Assembly: GCA_964016885.1 (NCBI GenBank) | Contig: OZ024743.1 | Coordinates: forward strand, 4,774,001 to 4,838,000 | Direction: 5' to 3' | Source: Eledone cirrhosa | Lineage: Eukaryota | DNA: 64,000 nt | Shown here: piece by piece, positions 42,329-53,869 of the stretch | How positions within the stretch are numbered: position 1 is the stretch's first letter | Layout of the letters: the number at the start of each line of letters is the position of its first letter | Notes under the pieces: model-generated | Database searches by the model: none | What the model was told of the DNA's origin: nothing | Seen by the model: the letters and a program-made list of their open reading frames with translations, nothing else | Translations under genes and position numbers: made by a program

Positions 42329-42414
42329 TATTGGGTTGTAACATAAATTCCCGCTGTTGTTATAAAACTTCTTAATAAAAAAAAAACGACGGGAATTTGT
42401 GTTACAACCCAATA
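42329..42414. mobile_element. Mini mariner/Tc1-type MITE
   Basis: TIRs tattgggttgtaacataaattcccg / cgggaatttgtgttacaacccaata embedded in TA repeats. Confidence 0.7.
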
Positions 42415-42477
42415 TATATATATATATATATATATAACCGGTACTGGCATTGATAAATATGCTGGGTCCGTCAACGC

Positions 42478-42508
<31 letters not shown>

Positions 42509-43269
42509 TATATACATGTTGTTCGAAATAACAGAACACAAAAAACAAACAAACGCAGGAATAAATGTTACATGGTATTATTAGTTTCACGCTTGGTTAG
42601 AGTGGCGGGTGTATGTATATATATATATATATAAACATATAAACACACATATATGTATATATAGAGAGATCAGGGGAGAGAGAAACATACTCACACACAA
42701 AGACATACATACTTACATAGAGAGAGAGGAGAGGAAAGAATGGAACATTGAAATAGAAAAAAAAAAACACCAGACGATACACATACTGAATAAAACTAGA
42801 AAAAGAAAGGATATCAAAGATTTTTAAAAGTCCAATAAGAAAAATAAATATTACAAAACTATCCACCACCACCACCAAACAACTCCATATCCCCATGTTA
42901 TGAGCTATTTTATCGGAGGTTTCTTTTGAGTTTCTATGCCCTTTTTTACGTGTTCTGCTTGTCACTAGCCAACATTGTGTGTTTACCAACCGACAACTGC
43001 TTTCAAAAGGTGAGGCCTCTATTTTGTGTAGGTAGTCATCCGTAAACGTGTACACAGTTTCCAGCAAACAGTTAAACAATAATTTCTCAATCACTTGTCA
43101 ACTGGTGGAATGAATATATATATTTCATCAAGGTGAAAAGTGACGATGGAACTGTGAAAAGCTGAGGTTAGGGCAAATTCTCAGTGATTTATGATCCAGA
43201 ATTCTTTTTACATTTTTTTTAAAATTCTAATTGTTTGGTTTTGTTTAATTTCGTTTTGTTTTGTTCTTA

Positions 43270-43680
43270 CTTATCAGAAACGATAGAGCGTCAGACAAAA
43301 TACTTTGCGATATTTGTTCTGCGTCTTTACATTCTGAGTTCAAATCCTACCGAGGTCCATAAAATAAAACACTTGACAAGGGTTAGGGTAGATGTTATCG
43401 ACGTTTCCATCGACCTTTCCTTTCCTCTAAATTGATGGCCTTGTGTCGAAAGTAGAAACAATGAAGGCGGTAAATTGACAAAATCGTTAGAGCTGCGATC
43501 AAATATTTTCCGCTAGTTATTTACAGCTCGTTATGTTTTGAGTTCAAATCCCACCGAGATTAATTTTGCCTTTCATCCTTCTGAAGTCGATAAAATAAAA
43601 TACCAGCCAAATAAATACCGAGGTCAATTTAATCGAATTTACCCTCCCCATTGCCTTGTTCCTAAATTAGAAACTGTTAG
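43270..43680 (+). mobile_element. Two head-to-tail copies of the abundant tRNA-derived SINE (diverged)
   Basis: B-box gagttcaaatcc, core ttgcctttcatcct..gtcgataaaataa, tail ggccttgtg...agaaac. Confidence 0.8.
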
Positions 43681-43689
43681 TAATATTTT

Positions 43690-44150
43690 CTTCGACAGGA
43701 TCATGCAAAGCACCTCCGTGTTCTCGAGGTCTGTGCAAAATGACTCTGTATCAGATATGTCATGTGTTGCTTGTTTATCGTTAACGAGTTGCGGACGATT
43801 AAACTGTTGGTTATATCAGGTATTGACGTTCCAATGTCAGATGTTGATTATGTAAGACAAGGTACGTGTGTGGTGTGTACAGAAATCCTACTGTTTGAGT
43901 TGTGCTATTGTATCTGTATTGTATTATGCAGAATGAGAGCTGTCCCTAACAAAGCTAATTTTTCACAGTGTAACGTTGTAAACCCTAGAATGGCATGTAT
44001 TTTTTTCTTTTTAGTCATACCAAGCGGTATTATTATTGGCATTGTTTTTATCTTGATGCCACACATTCTGTTTATTTCGATTTTCTCCTTTTCTGACAAT
44101 ATTTTGGTCAGAAAGGATGGTGATGTCTATGAGCGAGCGTATGTTTCTGT
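43690..44150 (-). mobile_element. R4/Dong-clade non-LTR 3' fragment (restriction-like endonuclease C-terminus)
   Basis: LIDITILSDQNI...IEINRMCGIKIKTMPIII.LGM.KK...KLALLGTALIL. Confidence 0.65.
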
Positions 44151-44525
44151 TCCAGTCCTTGAACGGTGAGCTTTGATCTCCTTATCAATTTGAATAGTTC
44201 AAGTTATGCTAAGATTAGCTTTATTTTTCATCTTTCCAAGATCGATGAAATAAACTACCAGTCAATTGCAGAGGTCAACTTAATCGTCAAACCGCCCCTC
44301 ATATGTTAGAAACTATTATTCATAAAATTAGTAGTAGAATGGGAAATTGGGAGAGTCTGTAGAACGTTGGACAAAATACCTTGTATTTTCAGTTACGTTT
44401 TTTAACATATTGTTCTGGGTTTAAATCTCACTAAAGTTGTCTTGTCTTCTATATTTCTGTGCGTACTCTTCAAGTAGTTTTTTCAATCCAATCGACTAGG
44501 ATCGTGTCAAAATTATGAATCTAGG

Positions 44526-44868
44526 CACAGCCGGATTTATAGCGAGGCGACGTGGCATTTGCTGAAGCCCCCAATCAGTTGAGGACCCTATCCGCGGAGG
44601 TGGGGTCCTATTAAGATAAATATGCCCTGGGACTGCCACGCACACCAGAACAATACTTTCGACAAAAAAAAGTACTTAATGTCAATCTGTATAACTTCAT
44701 AATTCCAATTACATGCGCCAAGCTGACTTTGAAATGTAAACCTAAGGGTTTGTTGTGTTTATTATTATTATTTTTTTTTTTTTTTTTTTTTTTTTTGTAG
44801 CTTGATGCCCTCTCCTCACAAAAAACCCCGAAGTGCCCTGGGCCTCCAAAGTTCTAAATCCGGTTTTG
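44526..44868. mobile_element. Degenerate hAT-like MITE
   Basis: TIRs cacagccggattta / taaatccggttttg; eroded 8-bp TSD aatctagg / atgttagg. Confidence 0.55.
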
Positions 44869-45819
44869 ATGTTAGGCTGATATGTAAGCCACTGAAGTTA
44901 CAGAAACATTAAAATACAAAATGCTTCACAGCATTTAGCTGTGTTCTGAATTTAAATCCTGCTGAGATCGACTTTGCTTTTCCTCCCTAGTGAATTCACT
45001 ATAAAATTGGGTACCAGTGCTACATTCGATTTGATATAATTGACTATACCCCTTCGTATAAATTCATGATGTTAAGTAGATAGGTAATGCATTTTCACCT
45101 GGTTATGGCATCTGTCTACCGCTGGGTGTATTCCATAATGGTTAGGTAACTACTTTCGAGTGTTAGATGGAGTGGGATAATGTAAAATAAAATGATTTTA
45201 GCATATTTACCACTAAACGCCTTCAACATTATGAACAAATAGTCGATTCTATTCCAGCTAATAATTCTATATAGTCCCAATAGTTCATAAATCACAGTCT
45301 GGTTATATACTGTTCAATGAAAATGAGGACGATGATGATGATAATAGTTCTTTCTTTTTTATTATTGCCACAAGGACGACCGACGAAGGAATAATACAAA
45401 GACACATTAGAAAAACAGTAGGAGGTTTTCACAGAATCAATTATGAAAAAGAATAGGCATGGATAATAAACTATCTTACTGTCTACTATAAAAGTGTCTT
45501 TGTCACAAAATATAATGTGTGTCTGTTAGAATAATTAATCACCCCATATCTTAGTAAGAAATGTGCATGTACTTAGATACATGTACATACGTATAAACAC
45601 ACAAACGCAATCATATATCAATCCATCTACCCATCCATACATACATATTATTATTATTCGATAAAATAAAGCACCAGTAATGTAACGAGGGTCGATTTAA
45701 TCGACTTTCCGCTCCCCAAAAATTGCTGGCCTTGTGCCTGAATCAGAAACCTTTATTATTATTACATTGATATCTCAGTCAAAATTTGCCCTAATGAACA
45801 TCAAGCCGCTATCTGCAGC

Positions 45820-46215
45820 CTCAGATATTCAGGACGTATCGGCGGGTCCTTGCTGTTGCCAGTATGCATGCCTTCTAGAGTGTTTCAAAAAAGGGGGCTT
45901 GGCTAATATTCTTTAACAACCTTGGAAGATCTTCAAGATAGTACTTAGTGCTTCTATGACGATGGGGACGACATAGATCTCATCACAGCCCCAAATCCTT
46001 TTCAGTTCACACATTAGATTCTGGTACCGATTTATTTTCTCTTCCTTTTCTTGCACTCTTGTGTCAAAGGGACAAGTTACATCTATAATCAAGCAATATA
46101 ATTTTTTCCTCGTCAAAAGTCTCCAGGTCAGGCCTATTGTGTTCTAATTCTTTGTCCGTGTGTATCCTGAAATCCCACAGCACCTTCATCCGATCGTTTG
46201 CTATCACCGACTGAT
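45820..46215 (-). mobile_element. R4/Dong-clade non-LTR fragment, restriction-like endonuclease domain
   Basis: KVLWDFRIHTDKELEHNRPDL...CLIIDVTCPFDTRVQEKEEKINRYQNL..ELKRIW...VVPIVIEALSTI, a PD..D-type RLE. Confidence 0.85.
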
Positions 46216-46473
46216 GTAATTTGTCAGTGAATCACTTTTCCTATATCATGTCTCCATCCTTTAAAGTGAGTCTATTCTAGGTGTTTACAGTAGGATCCTA
46301 CAGAGCGGACAACCTCCTCCTTCACAATATAGTGTTTATTCTACTTCGTTCTAAGGTCGTGCTCCTCTACATTTTCTTACCCAGATTCTGTCCAAATTTC
46401 TTGTCCCACTACTATTTTTCTACACATAGACACTCTTTTCTCTCTCTCTCCCACACTCACACACGCACACACT

Positions 46474-46517
<44 letters not shown>

Positions 46518-46610
46518 CTTTCTCTCTCACTCACCCTCACACACACGCACACATATACATGTACATCAACAAATATCAATGTATATCAATACTCAGATAT
46601 GTACATTATA

Positions 46611-46796
46611 GTGAATTGGCAGAATCGGTAGAGAGCCGGACGCCATGCTTTGACGCATAGAGTTACGGCCCTTGCCATTCTGAGTTCAAATCCCGCCGAG
46701 GTTAACTTTGCCTATCATCCTTACGGGGTCGATAAAGTAAAGTACCAGTAATGCACTGGTAATTTCTAGCCTTGTGCCAAAAAGTAGAAACAATTA
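46611..46796 (+). mobile_element. tRNA-derived SINE (short-tail subfamily)
   Basis: A-box tggcagaatcgg, B-box gagttcaaatcc, conserved core and tail. Confidence 0.88.
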
Positions 46797-47047
46797 TAAC
46801 TGTAAACGAGCCAAAAAGTGTTTTCTTTGTTTGTTTGCTTGTTTTTTTGCTAGAAATGCCTGTCAGATTTGGCCAGATCACTTCTTGCGAGCTTTAAAAA
46901 GCTTGGAGGTAGAAAGCACAATCTCAGGTATAATGTCGAAAGACGATATGCCCATTGATCATATGTCTGTTCTATCATAGGAAGCCCTGAGTTAAATAGT
47001 ATATACAATCATATATATATATATATATATATTTATTTATTAAAATA

Positions 47048-47123
47048 ACAGATTAAAGTTTAAGCAAAGAATCGCTGCTTTCACCCTTAACGGGATCTTC
47101 TGAAACTAAAGAAGTCAATCTGT
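47048..47123 (-). ncRNA. Best-preserved family C hammerhead-like fold (U4A core variant)
   Basis: acagattga [cttcttt] agttt CAGAAGA tccc gttaa gggt GAAA gca gcgattctt tgc TT aaact ttaatctgt: all three stems pair. Confidence 0.65.
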
Positions 47124-47331
47124 CAATCTTTTTAATAAATATTTGCTCTACGGTTCTTATATATCTGATATATATTTATCCTTATCGAGCCCTCTTTGGA
47201 TTTTAGTCTTCAAATTTATTATTACTATATATATATAGCTCTTTTATTGGCAGCATGACCCCCCCCCCCCCCCCCCCCCCCAAGAGTATAAAAATATCCC
47301 TTTCAACACACGTTTTGAGATAATAAAAATG

Positions 47332-47393
<62 letters not shown>

Positions 47394-47635
47394 TATGTTT
47401 TCGGATTTGTTTTGCAAGAATTTTTATTATCTCAAAACGTGTGTTGAAAGGGATATTATTATACTCTTGGCGGGGTCATGCTGCCAATAAAAGAGCTTTG
47501 ATGACAATCAACAACTTAAACAACCATCCGACTGGGAAATTATAATAATAAATTGAAGGGAAAACCAACAGGTGCGTGTGTTTTCTTTTAGCAGCAGGAC
47601 CCTCCCAAAAATATAACAATACACATATATACATA

Positions 47636-47687
<52 letters not shown>

Positions 47688-47805
47688 CGAGAGAGAGAGA
47701 ATGAGTGAGGGAAGCATACAAACATGCATACATACATACATAATACATACATACATATATATATACATACATACCTACATACATAATACATACGTACATA
47801 CATAC

Positions 47806-47914
47806 ATAATTGTTTCTACTTTAGGCACAAGGCCAGCAAATTAACCAGTGAATTACTGGTACTTTATTTTATCGACCCCGTAAGGATGAAAGGCAAAGTT
47901 AACCTCGGCGGGAT
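47806..47914 (-). mobile_element. Truncated SINE copy
   Basis: Tail and core only. Confidence 0.85.
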
Positions 47915-48302
47915 TATACATACATACATATGTGTATGTACGTACACACATATACATACATATGTGCGTGTGTGAATGTATATGTGTGTCTGTCTCTCTA
48001 TGTATATATGAGATTGTATGTGCCTGCGTGTGTGGGGGGGGGGGGGATCAATGACAGATGCTATACATGATTCAACCAGCCGGCCAAGCAATATAGTATT
48101 TCATGCGAAACCAAACTTGAACATTAAAGTTGAACCCCAGAATGAAGTGGGAGTAATTAGCAATAGCAGTAAACCATAACCCTGCCTTATTAGCAGACTT
48201 TTGGCCGAACTCATTTAATGTTTGATCCTTGAACTTTTGAACACTGACCCTTTGAATTATATAGTCACAACATTTGCCCCATCATCACAACAAAAACCCA
48301 AA

Positions 48303-49129
48303 TAAATAATGGTTTCTACAATAGGCACAAAGCCAGCAATTTGAAGAGGGAGGAAAGTCGATTAAATTGACCCCAGTACATTTCTGGGTCTTTATTTTAT
48401 CGACCCCGTAAGCTAACCTCGGCGACATTTGAACTTACAACGTAAAGGGCCGTAACTCTATGCTGCAAAGCATAGTGTCCGACGTTCTACTGATACTGCT
48501 AATCCACCAATGAACAATAATTTCTATTATAGGCACAAGGCCAGCAATTTTGGGGAGAAGGAAAAGTCGATTAAATTGACCCGAGTGCATTACTGGTGCT
48601 TTATTTTATTGACCCCGTAAGGATGAAAGGAAAAGCTAACCTCGGTAGGATTTGAACTCAAAAAGTAAAGGGCCGTAACTCTATGCTGCAAAGCATGGTG
48701 TCTGACGCTCTACTAATGCTGCTAATCTACCAATAAATAATTGTTTCTACTATTGGCACAAGGCCAGCAATTACCCATTACATTACTGGTACTTTATTTT
48801 ATCGACCCCGTAAGGATGAAAGTGAAAGTTAACCTCGGCGGGATTTGAGCTCAGAATGGCAAGGGCCGTAACTCTATGCGCCAAAGCATGGCGTCCGACC
48901 CTCTACCGATACTGCCAAGTCACCGCCATTCAATAAATAATGATTTCTAGTATAGGCACAAGGCCATTAATTTGTGGGGAGGGGCAAGTCGATTAAATCG
49001 ACTCCAGTACGTTACTGGTACTTTATTTTATCGACCATGTAAGGATGAAAGGCAAAGTTAACCTCGGCGGGATTTGAACTGAGACAAGGAATCAATAATG
49101 GTTTCTTATATAGGCACAAGGCCAGCAAA
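48303..49129 (-). mobile_element. Head-to-tail array of SINE copies (three near-complete, one truncated, one tail)
   Basis: Repeated tttcta..ggcacaaggccagcaa...gacccc gtaaggatgaaagg...tttgaactca...aatccacc. Confidence 0.92.
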
Positions 49130-49458
49130 TAATGCTAACATCATTGGTATCGATCTATTTCTTAGTAGACAACCAAATATTTGAAGTTGTCATTTTTTGT
49201 TGTTGTTTATGTTGTTTTATCACTGTCGTTGTCATTTTTGTTGATATTGTTGTTCTTCTTCTTCTTGATGTTCGTGTTTTTATCGCTCTCGTCGTCGTCG
49301 TCGCCGCCGTTATTTTGTCGTTGTTGTTTTTGTTGTTGCTGCTGTAGTTGATGACGACGATGATGATGATGATAATAGTGATGATAATGATGATAATGAT
49401 GATGATGAGGATGATGATGACGATGGTGATGATGATGATGATGGTGATGGTGATGATA

Positions 49459-49491
<33 letters not shown>

Positions 49492-49540
49492 TTCGTTGTT
49501 AATCCTAGATCCCCCTTGATCGAACGGCGAATTGGTAGAG

Positions 49541-49685
49541 CCGTCATGGGCAAACTGCGGCCCGATTGACTTCTGAATGGTATGCCTGATTTCAAAACTG
49601 CCTTAAATTTTTTAGTAGTGCAGCCCGCCATATGATGAGCCACATCATATGCGGTCCACTGCTCGAAAAAGGTTGTCTATTACTG
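49541..49685. mobile_element. hAT-Charlie-type MITE
   Basis: Ends ccgtcatgggcaaactgcggcccg / aaaaggttgtctattactg; 8-bp TSD tggtagag / tggtagaa. Confidence 0.75.
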
Positions 49686-50548
49686 TGGTAGAATAACAAC
49701 AGCGGGCGAAATGACTTACAGTTATTCTGGTTCTTTGCATTCTCTGTTCAAACCCCGCAGACGTCAAGTTTTTCCTTTCACCAGTTCTGGGTCGACAAAT
49801 AAAGTGCCAGTGTGTGACATTAAATTGTCAGGACCGTTAAAGAAGCTGCAGTATTTGTTCTAGCTTTTTGCATTCTAAGATCAAAATTATTGTCGTGGTT
49901 TACTAACTACCTTGGAAGTAATTGGAGCCCAGGAAATTACAAGTCAATAGAATGATCCATGATATTTAAGCTGCTGAGAGCAGGTCATACCAAGTAGTGT
50001 TGACATCTTTGATCGGGAATAGCTATACTAAAAGAGGTGGAGGTGGTAGGTGGGGTGTTTAGACATCGCAGTCCCATACGAGTAAATTTACAAGTTTTAC
50101 GAGATTTCAGAGCTGCTTCTGGCAACCCGAGTGACTGCGTGGTGTCCATTTTAAGGGTTTGTAAATGGCTGTTTGGTTGGTTTATTGCTCACACGTTTGT
50201 CCATTCGAAGTCCTATTATCCGCAGTGCAGTTGCTTACTTCGAATGTTTTCTTTTGGTTTACGGTAAATCCAAACCTACCAACCCCTAAAAGCCCAAATG
50301 GAAAGTACCATGAAAAAAGTGTCCCAAAACGGGGAAAAATGAGACAAAATGGGGAGATTTAACATAATGAAAGCTATACCCATTTTCACAAGAGAAGACA
50401 TCTCTCACCCACCCGAAAGTGGGTGGTAGATCTCCCCGTCAGACTAGAAGAGTTGACAGGTCTGGCAAATCTGATCTTTTTACTTTCCGCTTCGTTAGGT
50501 TTTATTTTGTGACGGTTTTTTTTTTCTGTTATCTGCTTATTATTGTGT

Positions 50549-50716
50549 AGAGGGTCGGTGGCCATGCTTTGACGCAGGGAGTCACGGCTCTTGCCATTCT
50601 GAGTTCAAATCCTGCCGAGGTTAACTTTGCCTTTCATCCTTACGGGGTCGATAAAATAAAGTACCAGTAATGCACTGGATAATTGCTGGCCTTGTGCCAA
50701 AAATAGTAACAATTAT
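50549..50716 (+). mobile_element. tRNA-derived SINE (short-tail subfamily)
   Basis: B-box, core and tail present. Confidence 0.85.
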
Positions 50717-51030
50717 TGTATTGTATTTTTGTGACTTATTTGCAGTAAGTCTGGAACTGGTGTGAGAAGAGGAAGATGAAATCGGCGAATTGGTCCAAAA
50801 GGTTGCAATAAGATAAAAGCTACAAAAAGTACCTAAAGACCAAGCGGTGGAGTTAAAACATGCCACCGTTTAACTTCACCACATGTGTATATATCAATGT
50901 ATGTGAATGTGTGTTTATGTTTTTGTGTATGTGTATAAGGATAAAGATTTGGAGATTCGGAGTAATATGTATTTTTCTTAATTTTGTTTTGCTATTTACA
51001 ATGACATATATATGAGCGCTCACTTATTAT

Positions 51031-51069
<39 letters not shown>

Positions 51070-52611
51070 TTGAATATAACCAATGTTGCAGCTGCAATAT
51101 AGCAGATGAACAATCGAATTATAAGCGGCAGTCACGAAGCACTCAAAGGGTGAGAAATTGATATATTTCTACTCAGAATTAACACAAATATGTATGTGTA
51201 TATATATATATGTGGTAGTTTATCGACAGAAAGCGTGTAGCATTATATTCATATAAACATGGAATAATAGTTGCATAAGAGGAGCAAGCAACTGCACCCC
51301 TACTTCGTCATCCACCTGCTAGAGTGTAATTTCGCGCATTAAGGTGGCATTGTATTTTTAATGCCAGTTTGTGCAACGGATTAGAGTACTGCTCCGTTAC
51401 TAAGATGCATATGAGATGATAACACCATAAAGAACGGAGACGAAATTTACGAGTGCCTTTCATCAAAAACTGAGATAACGACATAAAACGATTAAGACTA
51501 CATTTAAATCGACAACAGAATTAGACATGAATTAATAGAGAAATTATTGTAACATGTGCAACAAGTTAGCGCTAGAAAAATGGAAAAATTTAAACTTTCG
51601 ACAAAGAACCATAGTTGGTTACAGGCATCGTAGCTACCAGATATATAGCACAGACTATTTTTTCTGTTCAATTGTTATGGGTTTCTTGGAGGATGTTGTT
51701 CGACTAGTGCTATATCTTAACCATCCTTTTTGTACTGACCCACGTTTTGTATCGAAACCCTTTTTAGCTAGTATATTTATCCTTTTTTTTAGAGCACCAT
51801 GTCTAGGTTTGAAAACGATGTGCAAATGCACGAATGCAGTTTATGATTGCTCCAGCACCAGCATTCACAGTTTCTGCGATTTTATACTCAATCATCTCGA
51901 AAATAAACAGAAACAAGACACTGGCCTTGTTAACCTCTGACATTTTAGAGCAACGTATTCAACAATAATGTAATTACCTAAACTGGACTATTATACTGAG
52001 TAGGAACTGATATACATTATACACTTTAGCTTCGGTAACAGCAAATGTATGAAAGACAACAATTCCTCCAAATAAGACACTTGTCTACTGCAAAAATAAT
52101 TAAATCGACACAACAGCCTAACGAATCACTGGAGAATTTTCCGACCGTGCGCTATTTAACGCTGAGCAGGATATGAATTAAATTGTTCTTTCCAAATTAT
52201 CTATTTACAAGGTACGCTGATGGGTGAACTAATTAGGCTACAGTCAGGTCTCCACAATATTTAAAGGGCTCCACATTATGATTTAATTTTCTTTGGTACA
52301 ATAAATATTATGCAAGGGCGCCTTTCGATTAAATATGTTTTTCCTATCATGTTAAACCTATATACAGTTAAGTGGATTGTTCATTAAATCTGTTTCCAAC
52401 CTTATTTACAGTAGAATGGACTGTGGGGTAAGTGTTTTGTTCCTACCATGCACTATCTTTCTTTAAATCAACCCCAATACTACTTCGGTAAGAAGAAAAG
52501 TAAAATCGACTTTAGCAGGAATTGAACTCAACATATGTAAGTTAGTAACTAAATATCACAAGCTAAATATTGCCCAGTCCTCTACACATTCAACAATTAG
52601 TACCTTCAAAT

Positions 52612-53034
52612 AATTATTTCTACGTTAGGCACAAGGCCAACAATTTGAAGGGGAGGGAAAGTCGATTGAATCGACCCCTGTGCATTACTGGTGCTTTATT
52701 TTACCGACCCCTTAAAAATGAGGATGGAAAAGCGTGGTGATGTGTAAGCGATCGGAAATTTGTGAATTCCTATAATTGTATATGACAACCCTGTGACACG
52801 TGACAGTATTAGTAACTATAAGTCAAGAAAGGTGCTAATGATGGTAAAGGTGGTGGAGTTGGTGGCTATAACTAACCTCGGCGTGATTTGAACTCAGATC
52901 ATAAAGGGCCGTAACTCTACGCTGCAAAGCATGGCACCCGACCCTCAACCGATACTGCTAATCCACCGTCCTTCTACTTTAGGCACAAGGCCAGCAATTA
53001 CCCAGTGCATTACTGGTACTTTATTTTATCGACC
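52612..53034 (-). mobile_element. SINE interrupted by a ~143-bp foreign insert, followed by a second partial copy
   Basis: The SINE core breaks at ~52726 and resumes at taacctcggcg (~52873). Confidence 0.85.
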
Positions 53035-53203
53035 TCTACTGATACAAATAATGTACAATAAGAGAATAGTAGCCAGCTCCATGTCAAGCATTTATCTATT
53101 ATTCTGTTGTTCTGTTCTCTAAGCTATTTTTCGTTTGTGTGTGACTGTGTGAGTTCGTATGCGATGGCATGTATGTGGACGTGCCATTATATATGTGAAA
53201 AGG

Positions 53204-53393
53204 GGCGGTGGATTGGCAGTATCGGTAGAGGGCCGGACACCATGCTTTCCAGCATAGTTACGTCCCTTTACGATCTGAGTTCAAATCCTGCCGAGGTTGA
53301 CTTTGCCTTTCATCCTTACGGGGTCGATAAAATAAAGTACCAGTAATGCACTGGGTAATTGCTGGCCTTGTGCCTAAAGTAGAAACAATTATT
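53204..53393 (+). mobile_element. Full-length tRNA-derived SINE with a Meta-domain-like core
   Basis: A-box 53214-53225, B-box 53277-53288, core gcctttcatccttacggggtcgataaaataaagtaccag, hairpin ccagt-aatgc-actgg. Confidence 0.9.
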
Positions 53394-53869
53394 TATGTGA
53401 CTGTGTTTGAGTTTATGTGCGCATGTGAGACTATGCGTGTAAGTGTGCGGTTTTATGAGTGTGACTGTGAGTTTTTGTGTGATTATACGTATGTGTATGT
53501 ATGCGTTTGTGTGTGTAGGGGGGGGGGGGTTATACTGTTTGCGAGTATACATGCACATCTGAGTTTATTTGTGTGTTTATGATTGTGTCAATTTATATAC
53601 AAGTGTACGTTGTGTGCGTGTGTGTGTGTGTGTGTATGTGTGTGTATGTGTGTATGTGTGTGTATGTGTGTGTGTGTGTGATGGGAAGAGAGTATTTGCA
53701 CGTGTGTGTATGTCTATAAGTGTTTTTGTGTATTGGAATTTTACAGGATTATAGGCACACGTCACACACGTGCCATTTGTCACGCCCACCGCCACCACCA
53801 CCAACACCGCTGCCAAAACCACGACTGACACCAACATAGCTACTACTACTACTATACTGTTATTGTTAG

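Noticed and set aside
42597-43094. 165-aa minus-strand ORF
   Set aside because: Runs into microsatellite-derived sequence and has no recognisable motif.
50746-50885. Exon after a ttatttgcag acceptor
   Set aside because: Stops in all frames, no good donor and no recognisable product.
51554-51940. 128-aa ORF
   Set aside because: No recognisable domain or splice context; compatible with chance.
53204-53290. tRNA gene
   Set aside because: A and B boxes are present but there is no cloverleaf, and it continues into a multicopy SINE body.
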